Virus record (IMG/VR): IMGVR_UViG_3300031997_000001
Span: 62,001-126,000 of that record
Strand: one strand, 5' to 3'
DNA length: 64,000 nt
Part shown: positions 57,861 through 64,000 of the stretch, one piece after another
Layout of the letters: each line of letters starts with the position of its first letter
How positions within the stretch are numbered: position 1 is the first letter of the stretch
Position numbers and translations under genes: made by a program
Notes under the pieces: model-generated
The model's database searches: none
Seen by the model: the letters and a program-made list of their open reading frames with translations, nothing else
What the model was told of the DNA's origin: nothing

Positions 57861-58937
57861 ATGCGAATCATCGCTGGCGAAGAAGTCCAAAAGACTTACA
57901 AGGGCGTGATCGAGTTCGAGCTCCGTGATCGCGCTGGCCGCTTGATCAGGCGGTGGTGCGAGCCGAACATCGTCAAAATCTTCGCCAAGGAGATCCTGTC
58001 TCACCGGATGTTCCATAGCAAGGTGTGGGACCCGAACGGCGGGACCGGCAGCGGTGCCTGGGTAGCCTCTGACGTCGATCCGACAGGCGAATTCGCGGCC
58101 AAATACATCCTGCTGGGTGCCAGCTTCGACGCGGATGGCGTGCCTCTGGACACGAACGATCCGCGGTTCTACACGATGGACCCGATTACCAACAAGCCAG
58201 TGCCTGTTCGGCTGGATGTCGGGGCTGACAATGACGGCGGACTTATCAACCCAATTCCCCTGTCGGATCCTTTCAGGCCTCTGAAGAAGATCGAGAACAT
58301 CGGATTCGAGGCGTCCTACCAGCCGTCCAGCGTGCCGCTGCTCCAGGACGACGTCCGCGCGATGAACAACATCGTGCTTCTGGAGACGACGGTCCGGACG
58401 GATGAGTACAATGGCTTCGTCAGCGGGAGTTCTGGCAGCGCCACCAGCAGTCCCGGAAGCGACTACTTCACGATTACGGAAGTCGCCCTGGCGGCCGGCA
58501 TCGAGATCGACTTCCTGCCGAGGTGTGAGATTACGCCAGAGGAGCTGTTCCTCCAGGGCGTGGGCGGAGTTCTTGCGGGGAACGCCATTCCTGCTACGGC
58601 CACCGGCACGGATACGATCACGCTGGATTCCGACCCGTCGGTCATCAAGGAAGGCGACCAGATCAAGATCGTGGAAGCAGGCGGCAGCGCCGGCGAGGGC
58701 TCTTCTGGCGAGCTCGGCCAGGTCAGCCCCTTCTATCTCGTCATCGCCAAGCAGCCGTCTGGAAGCGACGTTCAGCTGGACCGCGTACCGGTGAACAGCA
58801 GCAACGTGCCCCTGACGGGATCGGTTGGCGTGTTCAGGTCGACGCTCCGTTTGTTCAGCCACAGAATACTTAGTACCCCAGTGCGTAAATCAAATGACGT
58901 TGAACTTCTGATCAGATGGCGCGTGATCTATGCATAA
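57861..58937 (+). CDS. Tail-collar/baseplate fibre-attachment-like protein
   Basis: GVIEFELRD..G..EPNIV N-terminus, ITEVAL, C-terminal LFSHR..PVRKSNDVELLIRWRVIY pattern of large-phage tail proteins. Confidence 0.7.
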   Translation: MRIIAGEEVQKTYKGVIEFELRDRAGRLIRRWCEPNIVKIFAKEILSHRMFHSKVWDPNGGTGSGAWVASDVDPTGEFAAKYILLGASFDADGVPLDTNDPRFYTMDPITNKPVPVRLDVGADNDGGLINPIPLSDPFRPLKKIENIGFEASYQPSSVPLLQDDVRAMNNIVLLETTVRTDEYNGFVSGSSGSATSSPGSDYFTITEVALAAGIEIDFLPRCEITPEELFLQGVGGVLAGNAIPATATGTDTITLDSDPSVIKEGDQIKIVEAGGSAGEGSSGELGQVSPFYLVIAKQPSGSDVQLDRVPVNSSNVPLTGSVGVFRSTLRLFSHRILSTPVRKSNDVELLIRWRVIYA

Positions 58938-59011
58938 TGTTTGGCGACTTCCTGCCTGACAGAATCCCCAGGCGTATCTCAATAGGAGAACAACCCCTAA
59001 GGAGATACGCC

Positions 59012-59431
59012 ATGCAGCTTGGGTCAAAGTCCGCACAGGCCGCACAGACCGTCCCCAAGTGGTCCTGCAAATCCCACCAGCTCACGCAGAAGGAAATCGA
59101 GAAGCGGGAGAAGAACCAGCCACCTTACGTCTTCACTTGGTGGCAGGAAGACACCCTCCAATGCCCCAAGTGCAAGCGCAAAGTCGTCGCAATGCACAAG
59201 CCGGACCAGCCGATCCAGTGTCGGGTCTGCTGGGTGAAGATTCTAAAGAGCGTACCCATCATGGTCCCGGTCAAGAAGAAGGATGGCTCACCCATCCCTA
59301 CATCCTTTGCGCTCAACGTCGAAGTCACCAAACAGGAATTCGACAAGATTGCTGGTGGTACGGAAGCCAAGTCCGCTACGACCTCAATCGTCTGGACTGA
59401 CAAGAAGTCGAAGAAGGGAAAGAAGAAATGA
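59012..59431 (+). CDS. Zinc-ribbon protein
   Basis: GGAG upstream of ATG 59012; CPKC and CRVC. Confidence 0.65.
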   Translation: MQLGSKSAQAAQTVPKWSCKSHQLTQKEIEKREKNQPPYVFTWWQEDTLQCPKCKRKVVAMHKPDQPIQCRVCWVKILKSVPIMVPVKKKDGSPIPTSFALNVEVTKQEFDKIAGGTEAKSATTSIVWTDKKSKKGKKK

Positions 59432-59658
59432 CTGTCTATTCGATCCGGTGCTTCAAGGATGGGAAACGGAAGCTGACGCACAAGCTGACCCGGCGGGAAG
59501 CGCGGATATTCCGCGAGGCCGCGCGGACTTTGCAACTCTATCTGACAAAGACGTATCATCGCCGGGAATGCGCTCATCGCAGACAAGTTCGCATTCATCG
59601 ATGCGTCCAGTGCGGTGGTACTGGTTATTGCCTTCCTGTGGACTACGTGGAGGGTTGA
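59428..59658 (+). CDS. Small Cys-containing hypothetical protein
   Basis: ATGA overlap; C..H and CVQCG. Confidence 0.6.
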   Translation: MTVYSIRCFKDGKRKLTHKLTRREARIFREAARTLQLYLTKTYHRRECAHRRQVRIHRCVQCGGTGYCLPVDYVEG

Positions 59659-59661
59659 GCC

Positions 59662-59811
59662 ATGTTGGGTCCAGAATGGGATGACTTCGCGGACTTGCTA
59701 CCCACCGTGTACGGCTGGTACCAGTGGCGCGTGCCGTGGGGGTACAAGAAGGTGTTCGCAGTGGCAAAGCCATACGTACATCCGGCGATAGCCTTTGGAC
59801 CAAAGGATTAA
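59662..59811 (+). CDS. Small hypothetical protein (49 aa)
   Basis: MLGPEWDDFADLLPTVYGWYQW..; fills the gap between its neighbours exactly. Confidence 0.5.
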   Translation: MLGPEWDDFADLLPTVYGWYQWRVPWGYKKVFAVAKPYVHPAIAFGPKD

Positions 59812-59812
59812 C

Positions 59813-60139
59813 ATGACCCTGAAGGAAGAACTCCAGCACCTGCTCAACAAATGCTGCGCCGAGAACGCCTCGAACACGCCGGACTTCATCCTGGCGGAGT
59901 ACCTCTACGACTGCCTCAAGGCGTTCGAGAAGGCCTCCAACGCCAGGGAGAAGTGGTACGACGTCAAGCTCGAGCCAGGCCAGGATATGCGTAACCTGGA
60001 AGATGCCTTACGTCGAGGACTCCCCGTCTGCTACGAGAGCAATTGTCAGTGCAAGGCTTTACATTTCAGTCGGCCAAGGGAATCACCGCTGATGTTATCA
60101 GATGACGACGGGCACCTTAATCCCCCGCAAATGCCATGA
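59813..60139 (+). CDS. Conserved phage hypothetical protein
   Basis: LLN..AENASNTPDFILAEYL..CL.AF..REKWY motif, recurrent in phages from memory. Confidence 0.7.
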   Translation: MTLKEELQHLLNKCCAENASNTPDFILAEYLYDCLKAFEKASNAREKWYDVKLEPGQDMRNLEDALRRGLPVCYESNCQCKALHFSRPRESPLMLSDDDGHLNPPQMP

Positions 60140-60363
60140 TCCGGTTCATTATCCAGCTTGTTTCCAACATCTACGGCGTGTACAGGAATCTCTTTATCCG
60201 GGCATTCCAGTGCGCCCTTCTGGGGGTGGTGGCCTACTTCTCCTTCAACTGGTGCGTCGCTCCCATGCTCCACCTGGATAGGGTGGAATTCTTCCAAGTC
60301 GTCGGCACGCTCCTGCTGATCGTCATCCTGAAGCTAACCTGGCTGCTCGAGAAGGGCAAATGA
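60136..60363 (+). CDS. Small two-helix membrane protein
   Basis: Two hydrophobic segments; ATGA overlaps. Confidence 0.65.
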   Translation: MIRFIIQLVSNIYGVYRNLFIRAFQCALLGVVAYFSFNWCVAPMLHLDRVEFFQVVGTLLLIVILKLTWLLEKGK

Positions 60364-60764
60364 CCTGGGCGCCAGAGTTGTCCAATCCTAGCCTCGACAC
60401 CGGCGTGATCGACAAGATCAAGCCCGGTAAAATCGTTGTCCCCGAGTTCAAGAACTTCGTCATGCCGCTCATAAGGAAAGTAGCTCCCCAGCTCATTGCG
60501 GCAGATCTCGTGTCGGTCCAGCCCATGACGGCCCCGGCCGGAATGATTTTCTTCCAGCGGTATAGGTACGGTGCCGCGCCGATCATCATTGTCAAGCGGA
60601 CCATCCCGAACGTCTTTGGGCAGATCGGCGGCCGGATCCTCGAGGAACCCGACGAGCGCCAGGAGCCAGAAATCTGGGTACCGGAGCCGGAACCGCCGCG
60701 CAAGACAATCATCTTCGTGCCTAGCAATTTCGGCACCTTCCCGGTCAGGCACCTAGAAGCCTAG
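60360..60764 (+). CDS. Short protein containing a T4 gp23-like major capsid protein fragment
   Basis: VMPLIRKVAPQLIAADLVSVQPMTAPAGMIFFQRYRY matches the gp23 segment LVRR..P.LIA.D..GVQPMTGPTGLIF..R.RY. Confidence 0.75.
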   Translation: MTWAPELSNPSLDTGVIDKIKPGKIVVPEFKNFVMPLIRKVAPQLIAADLVSVQPMTAPAGMIFFQRYRYGAAPIIIVKRTIPNVFGQIGGRILEEPDERQEPEIWVPEPEPPRKTIIFVPSNFGTFPVRHLEA

Positions 60765-60804
60765 TACCTCTGCCATCACGTGCGTCTGACGACCTCCAGA
60801 TAGC

Positions 60805-60813
60805 AAATATATC
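60805..60813 (+). promoter_or_regulatory. AAATATATC promoter-like motif
   Basis: 3 nt upstream of ATG 60817. Confidence 0.5.
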
Positions 60814-60816
60814 GTG

Positions 60817-63800
60817 ATGGCAAATAACTATACCAGCCTCACTCTAGAAAGCCGATATGACCCGAGCTTCTACCTATTCCCTATTAACAATGCGCGGACC
60901 GGCTACCAGCCGGTCTGGATTCCTACCCTTCTAGTCGAGCCCGCCAAGCGGGACCCGAATACGGGTCTGACCATCTCCGGGTCTGGTGTCCTGTCCCTGG
61001 AATTTTATGTGGAAGACGCCCCGAACCTCCGCGCCCCCGTTGCCGGGTACGACCACCGCGGCATCTTCAACCCGGAATTCGTCCTCTTCAAGATCACCGT
61101 CAGTGAGGAACAGAAGCTCCAGAACCTGATCAACCTGGACGGGCTTGCCTTCCACCAGGGATCGCCAACCGGACCTATCGTATCGTTCGAAGACGCGAAG
61201 GACGGCGACTACTTCGAATTCTCCATCAAGAAGAACCAGGCGGCCGCGCTGGTACCGTACTTCACGGATGCCGACTACTATGACCTTTCCGCCTTCGAGA
61301 TCACGACGAGGGAGCTGCCGCCTAACCATTACAACTTCATCTGGCAGGCAAGCTATTACCACCGCGTGCTCTCTGCGGATAATGAATTCAAGTGCGTCGA
61401 CCAGACGTCGGTCAGGCTCACGAACCTCCGCGTGAACTTCGCCCATCCCGGCGAGGTCCACAAGGAGATGGTGGATAAGACGCCGCCCCTCTACTTTTCA
61501 GAAGAGGCGCTGGCTGACGATCCGCTGGTGAGGTTCTACAGGCCGTTCGCGGACGTTCTCCAGGACATCTTCGACGAGCACTCGCTGCTGAGGGGCATCA
61601 ACTGGATTTCCAAGATTCCGGCCCAGATGATTCCCTATCTGGCCTACCTCATCGGCTGGGACTTGCCGACGTTCCCGAACCAGGACCTCCAGTCGGCCGA
61701 CAAGATCCGCCGTGCGATCCTCCGGAACGCGACAAAGCTCCAGAAGCTCAAGAGCTCGCGCCGGGCGATCTATGAGCTGTTTGAGATCTTCGGATACACG
61801 GTCGACCTGGTGAACACCTACTTCCTCGTCAACGGCGACGGAAGGCTCGACGTCGTCGCCCCGGATGAAACGGCCCCCAAGAAGTTCGCCGGCCAAAGCG
61901 TGATTACCTCTGAAGTCTGCCAGCTGGAGCCGCTGATTGCCTCATTCTCTGACACGGGTAGGCCGTTTGGCGGGCTCTCCGTCCCGCTTATGTATCCGCC
62001 CAAGAGCGACATCATCACGATCAACGCCTACCTCGTGGCAGACGGCTCTCCTGCGGATGCGACGCTCTCCGCGGCGATTAACGGCCTGGAAGGGAGTCCT
62101 GACGCGCTCAACGAGCCCGTTTGCATGCGCGTGGGCGGAAGCATCGTCCCGCACAGCCTGCAGGTCCAGCTGGCCGGGGAGACGCTTCTGGGACACGCGT
62201 CGGTGACGATCGACGCAAAGACGGGCCAGCCCCTTTCCGAGAATAAGGACAAGGGACTTCCTACGATCGGCAAGCGGAGCATCGGATACGATCCGCGGAC
62301 GAACGTCATGATCGTCGGCTTTGACGGGTCGGTCGACTTCTCCGGCGGCGAGAAGATGTACGTCTTCGCCTCGTACGAGAGAGTCGCCCTTACGTTCAAT
62401 CCGCCGTCTCTTCAGTGGCGCCAGTCCAACAGGTTCGATGTGGACTTCACGTCCAAGGTCGACCAGAACGTCGATCCCAAGGTCCTGGACTATCTGATTA
62501 ACTTCCTGTTCAAGCTCAAGGCCTTCCACTCGCTCCTTAGGAAGATCATTTTCCCTGTCAACCTGACGGAAGTCTACGACGTTACCGACTTCACGGCCGG
62601 CGGGGCTAACAGGCAGAAACCGGGGACTGACGCCGGCGACCTCCAGGTCCCGCCACCCATCATCCCAACGGGGACGTATGGAAGCAACATCCCGTGCGCC
62701 GACACCAACCTCAACTACAAGCAGAGCGACCTCGATCTCAGGAAGGCGATTCTCGACGGGCTCGAGGAAGAACATGCGGCGTGGAAGGCTTTCGATTCGC
62801 GTTCGATTCCTCCCAGCCTGAAGCCGATCATCGACAGCCTGACCCGGGTGCCTTATTATGAGCCGACCCGGGCTGAATGCAAGTATAACCCCTACGGTCA
62901 GGACAGGGTAGTCACTGATAAGACAGTGGACCTGGATCATCAGCCTGACAACCGGGCGAGCGTGTGCGACCTGGCCCAGAAACCGGTACCGGACTATTCT
63001 TACGTCGGTCGCGTCAAGGCGTTCGTCGACGCCGAAGACGTCCTGGACCTTACGGAGCTCGTGAGGTGCCGGCCCTGCAGGCTCATGGGCGGCAAGGGCA
63101 TCTACATCATCACGCCCAATCCCTGGCAGGTGGACTGGGGAAACACCCTCAGGCAGCGCGGCCAGCAAGGTAGCCGATACTTGGGCAATCTCTATAGGGC
63201 GTACAACGCGCCGAGTGAGCTAATCCACTACACTCACAGCCCGTTCAACCATCTGGACGACTTCAAGAAGCTGTCCTATCTCGCCATCCAGCGGCCGTCG
63301 CTGGACATCGACAAGGACAACTGGTTCATGCCGGGGCACAGGCACCCGTACGCCTACGCCCTCGAGCACGACTTCACGCACCCCGACTATACGGCCAGGC
63401 CGTGGGACGATGCTTATTCGCTGATCACCTGCCAGGAAAACAAGTTAGACCAGAATTTGCTCAATGCCAGGATCGAGATCATCCACGGCGAAGAATTCCT
63501 CGTCTTCGATTCCGTTCAACTGGGATACCAGGGGAACGGTTTGGTCCCGGACATTTCATCCTACGGTGACCAGGAGGCAAGACCCTTCAAGATCACGCAC
63601 TCAATCTATGTCGAACAGGAAACCAGGCCCTGGGTCTCGTTCACTGGGGTGACTGAGACGACCGTCGCCTGCATCAAGCCGACGGATTCCATGTGGGTGG
63701 CCGGCCTCTTCAAGTCGGCCACGGGCGTAGGCGACTACATCGGTGGCTATCCGGCGGACCAGTCCGTCATGAGCATCGAGACGTCAGCCGGATCAGGCCC

Positions 63801-64000
63801 GTTCACGATCCGGTTCACGTACGGATCGGGCATCCTGCTGGATCCGTCCGATCCGGAGTATCGATACCAGGAAGGATTCCGGTACGACTGCGACTGCAAT
63901 CAGTTTGACGAGTCTTGCGGGTCTGGATCCAGCGGATCTGGATCCGGCTCGGCCATAAACGCAAGGCTCGGCTGCCTGCTAGAGAAATACAGGCTGCCGA
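60817..64000 (+). CDS. Large baseplate wedge/tail protein with a P2 gpI-like domain, runs off the right window edge
   Basis: Hand translation from ATG 60817; IPYLAYLIGWDL..IRRAILRNATKLQKLKSSRRAIYELFEIFG. I read the first ~1 kb and the last codons, and both are open in this frame. Confidence 0.8.
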   Translation, partial: MANNYTSLTLESRYDPSFYLFPINNARTGYQPVWIPTLLVEPAKRDPNTGLTISGSGVLSLEFYVEDAPNLRAPVAGYDHRGIFNPEFVLFKITVSEEQKLQNLINLDGLAFHQGSPTGPIVSFEDAKDGDYFEFSIKKNQAAALVPYFTDADYYDLSAFEITTRELPPNHYNFIWQASYYHRVLSADNEFKCVDQTSVRLTNLRVNFAHPGEVHKEMVDKTPPLYFSEEALADDPLVRFYRPFADVLQDIFDEHSLLRGINWISKIPAQMIPYLAYLIGWDLPTFPNQDLQSADKIRRAILRNATKLQKLKSSRRAIYELFEIFGYTVDLVNTYFLVNGDGRLDVVAPDETAPKKFAGQSVITSEVCQLEPLIASFSDTGRPFGGLSVPLMYPPKSDIITINAYLVADGSPADATLSAAINGLEGSPDALNEPVCMRVGGSIVPHSLQVQLAGETLLGHASVTIDAKTGQPLSENKDKGLPTIGKRSIGYDPRTNVMIVGFDGSVDFSGGEKMYVFASYERVALTFNPPSLQWRQSNRFDVDFTSKVDQNVDPKVLDYLINFLFKLKAFHSLLRKIIFPVNLTEVYDVTDFTAGGANRQKPGTDAGDLQVPPPIIPTGTYGSNIPCADTNLNYKQSDLDLRKAILDGLEEEHAAWKAFDSRSIPPSLKPIIDSLTRVPYYEPTRAECKYNPYGQDRVVTDKTVDLDHQPDNRASVCDLAQKPVPDYSYVGRVKAFVDAEDVLDLTELVRCRPCRLMGGKGIYIITPNPWQVDWGNTLRQRGQQGSRYLGNLYRAYNAPSELIHYTHSPFNHLDDFKKLSYLAIQRPSLDIDKDNWFMPGHRHPYAYALEHDFTHPDYTARPWDDAYSLITCQENKLDQNLLNARIEIIHGEEFLVFDSVQLGYQGNGLVPDISSYGDQEARPFKITHSIYVEQETRPWVSFTGVTETTVACIKPTDSMWVAGLFKSATGVGDYIGGYPADQSVMSIETSAGSGPFTIRFTYGSGILLDPSDPEYRYQEGFRYDCDCNQFDESCGSGSSGSGSGSAINARLGCLLEKYRLP

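Overview
The window reads as part of a large, GC-rich tailed bacteriophage genome using the standard genetic code, probably a myovirus with T4-like head features. The evidence is a P2 gpI-like baseplate gene, a tail-collar-like gene, a gp23-like fragment, a dUTPase and several free-standing endonucleases. Two things dominate it. First is a very large glycan-modification kit: about 9-10 glycosyltransferase genes, including a five-domain GT2 polyprotein and an intein-split GT4, plus 5 methyltransferase genes with 7 domains, including an NDP-sugar C-methyltransferase. Second are two giant, divergently transcribed collagen-like fibre genes (3738 aa and about 2199 aa) built almost only from Gly-X-Gln triplets rich in Trp/Leu/Gln and nearly free of Pro and charge. 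The globular parts of the larger fibre and three adjacent paralogues are strikingly enriched in Ser-Gly dipeptides. The best candidate for a new system is a phage-encoded glycosylation and methylation pathway that decorates very long Gly-X-Gln virion fibres, possibly at Ser-Gly sites; this is inference. The right third holds head, baseplate and unknown genes, several preceded by recurrent AT-rich promoter-like motifs. All family assignments come from motifs recognised by eye; no database search was run.
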